The notes beneath the pieces are model-generated. The model worked only from the letters and a program-made list of their open reading frames with translations. It was not told the origin of the DNA and did not search any database. DNA of 64,000 bases from Octopus vulgaris (lineage: Eukaryota). Positions within the stretch are counted from its first letter, which is position 1, and every line of letters begins with the position of its first letter. The translations under genes were made by a program, and so were the position numbers. The stretch covers positions 56,482,001 to 56,546,000 of the forward strand of contig OX597818.1 of the NCBI GenBank assembly GCA_951406725.2, read 5' to 3'. Positions 1 through 12,639 of the stretch are shown in pieces.

Positions 1-144
1 ACAATGGCTACCACCAATGACATAACACAGCACCTTCAAAGATCTCAAACAACTTGGGAAGATGCAAACGTCTATGCTCAAAACCAGAATAATTGGAAGT
101 GTCTCACTGACCGATGTATAGGCCAACTTTATGAGAGGAACTAA
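1..144 (+). mobile_element. 3' end of an RTE-like LINE ORF (relic, runs off window)
   Basis: Frame 1 reads TNDITQHLQRSQTTWEDANVYAQNQNNWKCLTDRCIGQLYERN*, matching the W..A...AQ.R..W..L C-terminal pattern of RTE-clade proteins. Confidence 0.5.
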
Positions 145-509
145 GACTTTGCCACTTCTTGGCATAAAGAATACATTTTTCCTGCAGACACTGAACTGCA
201 GGAATCCAGGCTGATCAACCAAATCAATTTCCCAACTTTTGGAGGACCTATAAAGGCCAGGAGCACTCTACTCATTCCCTAATTTGTATTAAAAATACCC
301 CTTTTACACAGTATTTATTTCAGCTTTCTCTACTTCTAATAGAAAGAAGCAAGGGCAATAAACTTGACATATACAAACCTCCTCAAATTGGCAAATCCGA
401 TGCAACAGGTAATTAGTATGAACCTCAGCAGGTTAAGGTTTGCAGGGTAAGATCTTAGAAAGTCGATACTCTATGGAAGAAAGACTGGATAAAGCAAGTT
501 AGCATACAA

Positions 510-921
510 GCGCAGGAGTGGCTGTGCGGTAAGTAGCATGCTTACGAACCACATGATTCCGGGTTCAGTCCCACTGCGTGGCACCTTGGGCAAGTATCTT
601 CTACTATAGCTTCGGGCCGACCAAAGCCTTGTGAGTGGATTTGGTAGACGGAAACTGAAAGAAGCCCGTTGTATATATGTATATGTATATATATATATGT
701 GTGTGTGTGTTTGTGTGTCCGTGTTTGTCCCCCCCCCAACATCGCTTGACAACCGATGCTGGTGTGTTTATGTCCCCATAACTTAGCAGTTCAGCAAAAG
801 AGACTGATAGAATAAGTACTAGGCTGACAAAGAATAAGTCCTGGGGTCGATTTGCTCGACTACAGGCGGTGCTCCAGCATGGCCACAGTCAAATGACTGA
901 AACAAGTAAAAGAGTAAAGAG
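510..921 (+). mobile_element. SINE family A (tRNA-derived head, internal TA/TG microsatellite, (TAAAAGAG)n tail), full length
   Basis: A-box-like TGGCTGTGCGGT, B-box-like GGTTCAGTCCC, CORE-like CCTTGGGCAAGT segment and tandem 3' tail; many near-identical copies in the window. Confidence 0.9.
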
Positions 922-1526
922 TATACGAATAATGAAATGAAGAAATATAAGTGGAGATGATACACAGCTTAGTAGTTCAAAGGAATAGAGTCTAGATGGA
1001 AGAGATGATGGTGTGTCTGTTGCTTTTAAGGGCTGACCTAGAAGAAACTGCCAATTGTTCAGGTGATCCTTTTTTTTTTATCAGATGTTTTTTTTTTAAT
1101 CTAGGATGTCTATGGAATAGCTTGACCGATCTAGAATTTCAGCAGTACTTGAATCGAACGAATCGACCCCAGGAGTTATTCTTTGTAAGCCCAGTATTGG
1201 TTTCTTTTATTGGTTTCTTAGCTGAACTGCTAAGTTATGGGGTCGTAAACACACCAACATCGGTTGTCAAGCGATGGTGGAGAGACAAACAGAAACATAC
1301 AAATACATACATACATATATATAGAGGAAAAATCAAAACCAAGGCAGAACAAGTATCTCAAGGGTTTTACTTGAACAAATCGACCCCAGAACTTATTCTT
1401 TGTAAGTCTAGCACTTATTCTATCAGTCTCTTTTGCCGAACTGCTAAGTTATGGTAACAACATTGGTTGTCAAGTGATGGTGGGGGGACACATACACAGA
1501 CATGCACATATATATATATATATACA

Positions 1527-2541
<1,015 letters not shown>

Positions 2542-3410
2542 TATATATATACACACGACGGGCTTCTTTCAGTTTCCGTCTACTAAATCCACTCACAAGA
2601 CTTTGGTTGGCCCGAGGCTATAGTAGAAGACACTTGCTCAAGGTGCCACGCAGTGGGATTGAACCCGCAACCATGTGGTTTGGAAGCAAGCTCCTTACCA
2701 CACAGCCATGCATATATATATATATGCATGTTTGTGTATGTGTGTGTCACTGAGGAATGGCAAAAGTATGAGCCTCCAACGAAAATGCTTTGTAGTTTTT
2801 ACCTCTTATTCAGTTATGCCTTTTTTTTTGTTTTGTTTTGGTTGACGTTCGTAATTTACGAAATCGTCAAAATAAATTCCAGATAAACCATTTGGGTCGA
2901 TATTATCGCCTGAAACAAAAGCAAAGATAAAAAGAATTTTCATGAAATTGATGATCCAGTATGGCCACAGCTCCAATAGCTGAAAACAGTTTGAGAGTAT
3001 AATTATGCAGCAGCCTCGTTAAAAAAAAAAAAAGTTCAAGTTAAATATAAATCAGACAGTGTGAAGAAATATTACCGAAGGAAGAGAAAAAAAAATGGAG
3101 AAAAAAAAGAAAGGAAAATGAAAAAAAAAAAAATATGACAAGGAAGAGTTTGTGATGGCAGTGGTGGTGGTGGTGGTGTTGGTGGTGGACGTGGGGAGAT
3201 CTTGGTTGAGGTGGACTTTGTGTGTTTCTATTGATTTGTGTTTCTTTGTTGTGGAATCCGAAAAGAACCAATATAAATATTTAATTGTCTGGAAATACAT
3301 TCATAAATATTGGCAAGTACCATAGAGCAAGGGGTCAAACTCCCAACTAGACGAGGTTCGATTCCCACCGGGAGTCATTTCAGTCCACTACATCTCTATT
3401 ATTTATTTCA

Positions 3411-3446
<36 letters not shown>

Positions 3447-3570
3447 AATCAAGGAACGGCCATAATAGGCCATTCACCCACTAGAAATAACAGCCAAAGC
3501 TTCAACCGCAAAACAACATTAATTCCGCAAACCAGGAGAAAATTAAAAAAACATTTACCCTGTAGGGTAT

Positions 3571-3645
<75 letters not shown>

Positions 3646-3720
3646 GAATATGAGGGGTTTAATTCACTTGTGATCTAAACGGATAGGTACACTGAGTAAG
3701 TGCTATATTTGGTCAGCCAT

Positions 3721-3752
<32 letters not shown>

Positions 3753-4415
3753 TAATAAATAAAACATATGCATATATATATACATATATGTACGTACCTA
3801 CCTCTACATGTATATATACACGCATATATGAGTACAGGACACCAAAAAACGTCGAACACAATGAGAAACGAAAACATAGACACAAACCCAAGGAACTGGA
3901 CATTTTTCTAAAACAACAAAAAAATAGAGTACAGGACAAATAACACAAGGAAAAAAACCCTTCTTCAGTCGCCATGGTTTCATCTACTCTACGTTTCGAA
4001 GGTGATATATATATATATATATATATATTGGTAAAAACGGTAAGATAACGAAAGAAAGAAAGAGACCTCAATATTATGTATTTTCTGTATTGTTACCCCT
4101 AACCCTGTTTTTTCTTGTGCTTGTGAGTATGTAGACGTATGTATGAACTTTTACGGTGTGCATGTGTGTGTATGAGTTTGTATATATATATATGCATGTA
4201 CATTTGGCGAAAAATGCGAGTGAAGATGTGTACGTATGCTTATACACGTGGGTGCGTGAGCGCACATGTGTACGTGTGAAAAGGCGTTTACTATGAACTT
4301 TTTTATGTTATCTTAATTAGCGGTCATTCGAATTAGTGCTTTTGTATAAGTAGCAGTCTATAACACAGTAATTTCCCTTTGTATAACGGTCTTTTTTCAT
4401 AGCGTTTTTCAGATG

Positions 4416-4485
4416 GCCAGATAACCGAAGAGATGGTGGTGTGAATTTCCACCTCGGCATCTGAAACTCAGAGTTTTATCTTGGC
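4416..4485 (+). ncRNA. Minimal type-I hammerhead ribozyme motif (Penelope-like; U4->C core variant)
   Basis: Stem I GCCAGATAA/TTATC(T)TGGC; core CCGAAGA at 4425-4431; stem II GATG/CATC; GAAA; palindromic stem III ACTC-A-GAGT; GUU cleavage triplet. Confidence 0.7.
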
Positions 4486-4758
4486 TACCAAATAATTGTC
4501 ACATGTTATTTTACAGATATATATATATATATATACAAAGTATGTGGGTTTAGTTCACAGGTGATCTAAACGATTAGGTATGCTAGGTAAGTACTGTAAC
4601 GGATTACTAAGGCTCTAAGGTTATAACTGAGATGGTAGTTATGGAGCCATTGCAGATTTCCGATATACTGGATATATAATTGTTAAAGAGGACAACAAAC
4701 ATTAAGCCAAGGCAAACATCTCAAGTCATACACAGTATTATTATTGGAAAAATTCAAA

Positions 4759-4815
4759 GTCTTAACAGCTGTTTCTGAGATATCCCAGAATATGAGATGT
4801 TCCATCATCAGAGAC
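4759..4815 (-). ncRNA. Minimal type-I hammerhead ribozyme motif (left palindrome arm)
   Basis: Minus strand reads GTCT-CTGATGA-TGGAACATCTCA(TATTC)TGGGATATCTCA-GAAAC-AGCT-GTTA-AGAC. Core is intact, stem II is 12 bp with 2 mismatches, loop III is palindromic, and there is one extra nucleotide at the cleavage site. Confidence 0.7.
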
Positions 4816-5040
4816 AAACAGAGAAAATGAGAAGGGTATAGATTAATGAAATGAAGACATAGAGGATAGGAGTGAAGGAATAAGGAGATGAAGAGAGACA
4901 AGCAAAAAGATGCACAACTGTTCTGAACAGTGAACTTTTATGCTTGTTTTTTTCTTCTCTCTCTTCATCCCCTTATTCCTTTACTCCTATCCTCTATGTT
5001 GTCATTTCCTTAATCTATTCCCTTCTCATTTTCCCTATTT

Positions 5041-5097
5041 GTCTGTGATGACAGAATATCATATATGCTGGGATATCTCAGAAACAGCTGTTAAGAC
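5041..5097 (+). ncRNA. Hammerhead ribozyme motif, degenerate (right palindrome arm; C3->G)
   Basis: GTCT-GTGATGA-stem II-GAAAC-AGCT-GTTA-AGAC; mirror copy of 4759-4815. Confidence 0.55.
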
Positions 5098-5310
5098 TTT
5101 GAATTTTTTCCAATATTAATATTGTATATGGCTTGAGATGTTTGCCTTTCCTTAATGTTTGTTGTCCCCTTTAACAATTATATATATAGTAAATTAAAAT
5201 ATAAGGAGAGTAGATATTTACATATTAATGTTTAATCATACAGTTAATTAAATCTTATTTTATCAATACTTTTACTTTGTCCACGTGATATCTTAAATAT
5301 AGTTAAAATT

Positions 5311-5409
5311 TGCCCTGATGAAGCTGCACTAGTAATTTAGCATCAAAATGCATACCAAGATGCCAACTTTGCAGTGTGCACTGGCTTGCAGCAGAAACAT
5401 GTGTTGGCA
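5311..5409 (+). ncRNA. Minimal type-I hammerhead ribozyme motif with long helix II insert
   Basis: TGCC-CTGATGA-A-GCTGCA...TGCAGC-A-GAAAC-ATGT-GTT-GGCA, followed by AATAAA. Stem I TGCC/GGCA; stem II GCTGCA/TGCAGC. Confidence 0.75.
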
Positions 5410-5778
5410 TTAATAAACTAAGATCTCATTAAATGTCTAATAAAACAAGGATTATCTAAATCTCTGTTCTCCTGATATTTTCATTTACTATTTCTTCTCT
5501 ACTGACACTATGCCATCTTTATAAGGACACGCAGATTTACCAAAGTGAGGATTAACCAAGTATAGTAAATTTAACTAACTGGAGTTCACCTCCATACACT
5601 GAGTTAAGCCAGCAGAGTTAATCAGTAAGAACGAACAAGGATTTAATATCCCTCTTAACCAATTTTGGAATATATATATAATTTATATAAATAAGGATAA
5701 GATCGTTAATTTAAAATACAATAACGATCTTATCAAGTGGCCAGCATGGAAAAAATAACTTTCAAAGGTAATAATTAT

Positions 5779-6001
5779 TAAAATTATAAATTAGGGTATC
5801 TACGAGATACCACCATGCTGAAAATAGCAGCCATGATCTGACTCTAAAACCACCTTAAGTGTTCATATCACAAACATGGATAGAAAACAAGGAGACAAGA
5901 TGAAACTAGTAAAAAATTACTATATGGACAATTAAGGTGGTTTTAGAGTCAGATCATGGCTGCTATTTTCAGCATGGTGGTATCTCATAGATACCCTCGT
6001 T

Positions 6002-6011
<10 letters not shown>
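5779..6011. repeat. Foldback element with ~80-bp near-perfect inverted arms and ~70-bp spacer
   Basis: AGGGTATCTACGAGATACCACCATGCTGAAAATAGCAGCCATGATCTGACTCTAAAACCACCTTAA is mirrored at ~5932-5997. Confidence 0.9.
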
Positions 6012-6033
<22 letters not shown>

Positions 6034-6763
6034 CACTTTAGGTATGGTAGATGAGTTCAGCAAAAATTTAGATTCAGATGAATATGGTACTTAAGTTGAG
6101 GCACCAGAATTTAGTACGGTATTATCCATACAATTACAAAATAAGGTGATTAAAATCAAAATAAGCAATAGAGGTAATAAGCAACAAGGATACCCAGAGG
6201 TAATGCAGTACTATTTACTTATATATCAGCTTAATTGTATATTATGAATATACCTGGGGTCCATAAGGTACAATTGAAGTTTTAGTTCGGATTTCACCAT
6301 AAGTGTATTCTTATTAAACCTTAGCGGTATTTCATATGCTGCTATGTTCTGAGTTCAAATTCTGCCAAGGTCAACTGTGCCTTTCCTCCTTCTGGGGTTG
6401 ATTAAATAAGTACCAGCTATTCACTGGGGTCGATGTAATCGACTTAATCCCCTCCCCTAAGCTGCCCTTTAGGCAAAAATTTGAAATAATTAACAAAGTT
6501 AAATTTAAAAGTGGTGAGCTGGCAGAATCGTTAGCGTGCTGGGCAAAACGCTGCACGGTATTTCATCTGTCTTTACATACTGAGTTCAAATTCCACAAAA
6601 GTTGACTTTGCCTTTCATCCTTCTGGGGTCGATTAAATAAGTACTAGTTACACACTGGGGTCAATGTAATCAACTTAATCCCTTCCCCCAAGTTGCCCTT
6701 TTGGCAAAAATTTGAAACCATTATTGAACCTTACTTCATTTTGCGCCACCCCACTCCATAAAG

Positions 6764-6982
6764 CAGTGCTTTTCAAACATTTTGCTGGAGCGGAACCCCA
6801 AGGAAACATTCCACTGGCTCGAGGAACCCCTGTGCAATAATTTAATTGTCTTATGAACACATATCTGCACAGGAGAATTAAAAATTACTGCTGATTTTAG
6901 CAGTTTTGTAACTTCTTGCGGAACCCCTGGACTGTACTGGTGGAACCCTAAGGTTCCGCGGAACTCTGGTTGAAAACCACTG
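6764..6982. mobile_element. hAT-superfamily MITE (219 bp)
   Basis: TIRs CAGTGCTTTTCAA and TTGAAAACCACTG; perfect 8-bp TSD CCATAAAG (6756-6763, 6983-6990); repeated subterminal GGAACC motifs. Confidence 0.92.
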
Positions 6983-7558
6983 CCATAAAGGGTCATATGT
7001 TTAAATACTGAAGCCTCCTGCCGTACATACTATATATATCTGTACCAAGTTCGTTCTACCGGGGAAATTAAAGCGTGTAAAGGTGCAAAACAAAGAGAGT
7101 TTCTTTGTACTGTGAGGCCAAATATAAATTGGTTGGAAAATACATTCTTTACACTACAGTAGTCACCTTATGTTTTATCTGTAACCTTTTACTGGCTTCA
7201 ATCATTGGACTGCGACCATTGAAGGGTTTAGTGAAACAAATTAATGCCAGTACTTATTTTTAAGTTTGGCGCTTAGTTTATCGGTCAATTTTGCTGAACC
7301 ACTAGGTTACGGAGACGTATAGAAACTCGCACCAGTAGTCAAGTGGTGGTGGGAGGGAACAGACACAAACACACACACACACACACACATACATAGTACA
7401 TACATTCACATATGTGTGTGTTTATAGGTACATGTATGTGTGTCTATTTATACACATACACATACACACACATATACACACACACATACACATACATAGC
7501 ACATACATAGCACATACATTCACATATATTTTTTTTTGTATATGTATGTGTATGTATG

Positions 7559-7629
<71 letters not shown>

Positions 7630-7849
7630 GCACACATATAAACGCAACCGTTGTTGGCGTGCTTTTGTCCCCGTAACTTTGCAGTTCGGCAAACACTGAT
7701 AGAATGAAGTCCCAAACTTTTAAAATAAGAAAAAAATAATAAGTACAGGGATCGATTCATTCGACTAAAAATCCTTCAAGGCAGAGCCCCAGCATGGCCA
7801 TGATCTAGTGACTGAAACAAGAAAGAGATATAAAAGAAAAGATAAAACA

Positions 7850-8372
7850 CTCACACACACAATTATACACAAGCACATGCATGCACACATCATGCGCACA
7901 CACACACACACACCCTGCACACACACACACGTACACACACCATACACATGCACAGACCACGCACATGCACACACACACACACACCATGCACACACACCAC
8001 CCACACATACACATGCACGCACACACACCCTGCACACACACACACCATACATGCACACGCACACACATACCATGCACACACACACCATGCACATACACCA
8101 CGCACACGCACACACACACACACACACCATGCACACACACACGCACACATACCATGCACATGCACACAAGCACATGCACACACACACCATGCACACACGC
8201 ACACACACACACACACACACATACATGCACACACACACACACCATGCACGCACACACACACACTCACACACACAAGTACACATGTACACACAAGCACACA
8301 CACACCACGCACACAGCCACACACACACACACCACGCACACAGCCACACACACACACACACACGCACACAGC

Positions 8373-8405
<33 letters not shown>

Positions 8406-8436
8406 CCACACACACATACACACACACACACACACA
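7850..8436. repeat. Degenerate (CA)n / CACCATGCA minisatellite
   Basis: Visible low-complexity tandem repeats; source of several His-Thr and Cys-Val ORFs. Confidence 0.9.
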
Positions 8437-8872
8437 GAGGAACTGTAATAAATAACATTGTCACCGCATTCAAAAGCATATATATCCGAGCTATTTCTGT
8501 TGTTATCGTATCAAAGTGCTGACAGCACCAGTTTTATTGATTTCTCCCCCAAGTCACAAGTTCTCTTCATTTGCAGCAGGGAACATACAAATGATTATTA
8601 ATCTGACATTAATATCTTTCACACAAGTTTTAACGATCAAAATGGACTGAAAATGGCTTCATTGGACATTTCAAACTAGGTCACAATGTCAGCTGATCGG
8701 GACCTTATTTTTTTCTGTCCCCTCTTTTATCTTTCGGGGGATGTTTTGGTCATTATTCCAAACTACCGTATATTCTGTATATTCTCGGCTATAAGTCACA
8801 CTTCTTCTCCCCTGAAATTTTCACCTAAAGTTGGGGGTACAACTTATAAGCGCATCCTATAAAAAATAATCT

Positions 8873-9018
8873 TGTGGTAAGTAGCTTGCTAACCAACCAC
8901 ATGGTTCCGGGTTCAGTCCCACTGCGTGGCATCTTGGGCAAGTGTCTTCTGCTATAGCCCCGGGCCGACCAATGCCTTGTGAGTGGATTTGGTAGATGGA
9001 AACTGAAAGAAGCCTGTC

Positions 9019-9074
<56 letters not shown>

Positions 9075-9290
9075 TTGTGTGTCTGTGTTTGTCCCCCTAG
9101 CATTGCTTGACAACCGATGCTGGTGTGTTTACGTCCCCGTCACTTAGCGGTTTGGCAAAAGAGACCGATGAATAAGTACTAGGCTTACAAAGAATAAGTC
9201 CTGGGGTCGATTTGCTCGACTAAAGGCGGTGCTCCAGCATGGCCGCAGTCAAATGACTGAAACAAGTAAAAGAGTAAAAGAGAGTAAAGA
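8873..9290 (+). mobile_element. SINE family A (slightly 5'-truncated)
   Basis: Near-identical to 2137-2541. Confidence 0.9.
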
Positions 9291-9462
9291 GATATTTTCT
9301 AGGTACAAGCCACATCTGAAGTTCCGACACTTGGAATAACCGAAAAAACCTGAATCGTTAATTCTGAAGCCAAGAAGTACAAGGAAGATGATGTTTAGGT
9401 ATTTCTTTACTTTTGTTAGTATGAAATAAACAGTTAAATTTTTAAAAGTGAGTTTAAAGCTT

Positions 9463-9990
9463 ACTCTTTTACTTGTTTCAGTCATTTGACTGTGGCTCTG
9501 CTGGAGCACTGCCATTAGTCGAGCAAATCGATCCCAGGACTTAGACTTTGAAAGCCTAGTACTTATTCTATCGGTTCTCTTTTGCTGAACTGCTAAGTTA
9601 TAGGGACGTGAACACACCAGCATCGGTTGTCAAGCAATGTTGGGAGGACAAACACAGACACATACCCACACACACACACATATCATCATCATCATTTAAC
9701 GTCCGTTTTCCGTGCTAGCATGGGTTGGACAGTTCGACCGGGGTCTGAGAAGCCAGGAGGCTGCACCAGGCTCCATACTGATCTGGCAGTGGATGCCCTT
9801 CCTAACGCCAATCACTCCATATATATATATATATACGATGGGCTTCTTTCAGTTTCCATCTACCAAATCCACTCACAAGGCTTTGGTCAGGCTGAGGCTA
9901 TAGTAGAAGACACTTGCTGAAGGTGCCACATAGTGGGACTGAACCCAGAACCATGTGGCTGGTAAGCAAGCTACTTACCACACAGCCACT
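9463..9990 (-). mobile_element. SINE family A with a nested RTE-type 3' tail (~9682-9820) in its microsatellite
   Basis: Reverse-complement SINE A halves flank CATCATCATTTAACGTCCG...GGATGCCCTTCCTAACGCC. Confidence 0.85.
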
Positions 9991-10735
9991 ATTACGCCCG
10001 TTCATTTTTGTATCGTACCAGCCTTTCTTTAATTCGACGCCATGTCTTATTTAACATGAATAGAAATAGGTATTTGTATAATATCACTTTCTAGCTGAAA
10101 TTCGTTGAATACAGGAAGCTGCATTTGAATCTAGCTGCAAAAAATGCCACTGGGACTTATAGTTGGGTCAATGATAAAACTCCCGATTTGAACCTTGTAA
10201 GTCAGAGATGCATCTTGTAGACAAGGGGGTTTTATAGTCGAGTGTATGCGGTACTCAAATAGCCACAGTTCCATTTGAAAGTAGAATGCAGGAATCCCAC
10301 TCTACAAGACTAAGAACTATGGTAGTTTAGCTACCAATTTGTGAGAATCTGGCTTGCAAACCAGTCTTTTTCTATAGAAGGGTATGTGTGGGTTTGTGGG
10401 CAAATCTACTCCCTTTTCAGACCCTTTTCCTGGTCTTCCAGTACTTCTTATAGGCACTTTTCTAGGAAAACCAATGTGTGTGTGTGTGTGTGTGTTGGGT
10501 TAGAAAACAGAGAGATCTAATGGATACAAATTAATTTATTAATTAATCAACATATTAACTAACAATTGTTTCATTTCTCAAATAAGATTAAAATTACAAA
10601 ACGTATATAAAAAAATATAATTTTGCATTTTAAATAGCTCTTATAAGGAAACTCATCATGTTTTACTCTTTTACGCGTGTTTATATGTATATATATAGTT
10701 CTTTATATATATTTGTGTGTGTGTGTGTGTGTGAC

Positions 10736-10823
<88 letters not shown>

Positions 10824-10873
10824 TTAATCTTCTGGATTTATGTATTTCTACAAATGATATATATATATATAAA

Positions 10874-10930
10874 CAGGGGTTGGACAAAATAATGGAAACA
10901 TCATAGCATTATAATTTTGAAAAAATCTAT
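10874..10930 (+). mobile_element. Single Tc1-like transposon end
   Basis: CAGGGGTTGGACAAAATAATGGAAACA next to a (TA)n tract resembles a Tc1-type TIR; no partner TIR seen. Confidence 0.45.
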
Positions 10931-10934
10931 AAAA

Positions 10935-11481
10935 CTGTGTGACATTTTCATGTTTAAATTTATAAACACTTATAAGAATAATCAGTCCAATAAACTTCTT
11001 TGGCTCAGACTGACCAATTTCCCTTCCATTTATTTTTGTAAACAACCTGACCTTCAACATTTGTCCATTTACGAATTACTTCAAGAAGATTCTGGTGCAT
11101 AAAGATAGTAAAACATTTGTCAATGCTATCACAAGACCTTTTAGCAAAATGGGATGGTCCACATTCTTGGCACACAATATTACAAGACGAAGTTCTTACT
11201 GTTGCTTGAGTAAGACAATTAGAATGCCAAACTTCGTGTCTGTCTCTAGAACCATATTGCTCACTCATAATTGGGTGGCTTGCAGATAATTGTCTTTGAG
11301 TATCTTCATCATCTGATGACATGGAACCTAAACTGTCCAGCACACAATCACTTTCACCATCATCTTCAGAGCAATAGAAGGAATCACTGCTATTGTCTTC
11401 CCATTCTTCATCTAATTCCAATAACCTTTTCAATATTTGGTCTTCACTCAAGTTTTCTCGTCTAGGCATATTGGAAAGCAC
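10935..11481 (-). pseudogene. piggyBac transposase N-terminal fragment (frameshifted, truncated)
   Basis: LSEDQILKRL, acidic D/S/E tract, RTSSCNIV..GPS.FAK, F..FMHQNLLEVIRKWTNVEG, then a frameshift to E.KKFIGLIILISVYK..HENVTQ. This is the start of the piggyBac DDE_Tnp_1_7 region. Confidence 0.88.
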
Positions 11482-11604
11482 AAATGAATTATATGAAACT
11501 TGATAGCAGACTAGGAAACGGTGGGTCTTGAAGGCAGTAATGCTATAAATGATAGCATATGAATAGTAGGCTCACATCAGCAACATACTATTCCCACTGA
11601 AGTC

Positions 11605-11930
11605 GGGGCGCGTGGCTTAGTGGTTAAGGCATTCGGCTCATGATTGTAAGTTCATGAGTTCAATTCCTAACAACGCGTTGTGTCCTTGAGCAAGACACTT
11701 TATTTCACATTGCTCCAGTCCACTCAGCTGGCAAAAATGAGTAGTACCAGTATTTCAAAGGGGCCAACCTTGTCACACTCTGTGTCATGCTTAATCTCTC
11801 TGAGAACTACGTTAGGGTACACGTGTCTGTGGAGTACTCAGCCACTTGCATGTTAATTTCACGAGCAAGCTGTTCCGTTGATCGTATCAATTAGCTGGGA
11901 CCCTCATTGTCGTAACCGACGGAATGCTTC
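11605..11930 (+). mobile_element. SINE family C variant (tRNA head, CORE-like segment, tail shared with 58290-58654)
   Basis: GGGGCGCGTGGCTTAGTGGTTAAG A-box, GAGTTCAATTCC B-box, TTGTGTCCTTGAGCAAGACACTT; 3' part matches the 58.5-kb SINE. Confidence 0.85.
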
Positions 11931-12181
11931 TTAAATACTCACTGGTAAGAATAAATTAAATTTTTAAAATTGCTAAACTAATTAGGACTACTCTGACCCG
12001 ATTGTAGAACATCTGTCATGGTTACACAAGGCGTAGGCTCAAGTTCCATGAGCAGCCTTCAACTTTTTCAATCCAGATGATTTTGAAAACCAATATTTAT
12101 ACACTGTTATTCATAGCTCTATCTGCTTCATGATTCACCCTGCCAAAAAAAAAATTTTTTTTTCATTTTCTCGAAGTTTCT

Positions 12182-12408
12182 TATTTCTTTATTGCCCACA
12201 AGGGTCTAAACACAGAGGGGACAAACAGTCAAAGGGATTAAGTCAATTACATCAACCCTAGTGCGTAACTGGTACTTCATTTATCGACCCCGAAAGGATG
12301 AAAGGCAAAGTTGATCTCAGCGGAATTTGAACTCAGAACGTAACGGCAGACGAAATACCTCTAAGCATTTTGCCCGGTGTGCTAACGTTTCTGCCAGCTC
12401 GCCGCCTT
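12182..12408 (-). mobile_element. SINE family B monomer
   Basis: Reverse complement of 15069-15302; flanked by imperfect TSD TTCTC(G/A)AAGTTTCT. Confidence 0.85.
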
Positions 12409-12510
12409 ATCTTCTCAAAGTTTCTAAATTTTCATGACATCGACGATATATCTTTACAACTTCCACACCTTCACAATTTAAATTGTAAAGATAATTTATG
12501 GACACCTTGT

Positions 12511-12639
<129 letters not shown>

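Larger units (their letters stand above)
4673..5188. repeat. ~515-bp imperfect palindrome made of two inverted copies of a Penelope-like terminal repeat
   Basis: 4673-4900 is the reverse complement of ~4955-5188 (e.g. AAAGTCTTAACAGCTGTTTCTGAGATATCCCAG vs CTGGGATATCTCAGAAACAGCTGTTAAGACTTT); centre ACTGTTC-T-GAACAGT at ~4924; flanked by (TA)n. Confidence 0.9.
8766..10251. mobile_element. Tc2/pogo-like non-autonomous DNA transposon carrying two nested SINEs
   Basis: TA-CCGTATATTCT..CGGCTATAAG at left and TTATAGTCGAGTGTATGCGG-TA at right form imperfect TIRs with TA on both sides. Confidence 0.7.

Noticed and set aside
471-752. Recurrent ORF family RASFSFRLPNPLTRLWSARGYSRRHLPK
   Set aside because: Antisense translation of SINE A, not a protein family.
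7765-8522. Long His-Thr and Cys-Val ORFs
   Set aside because: Translations of CA/TG minisatellites; the same applies to the YI, ER and LS repeat ORFs throughout the window.
9302-9398. Exon-like segment with AG/GT boundaries
   Set aside because: Lies inside the Tc2/pogo-like element between two SINEs; no independent support.
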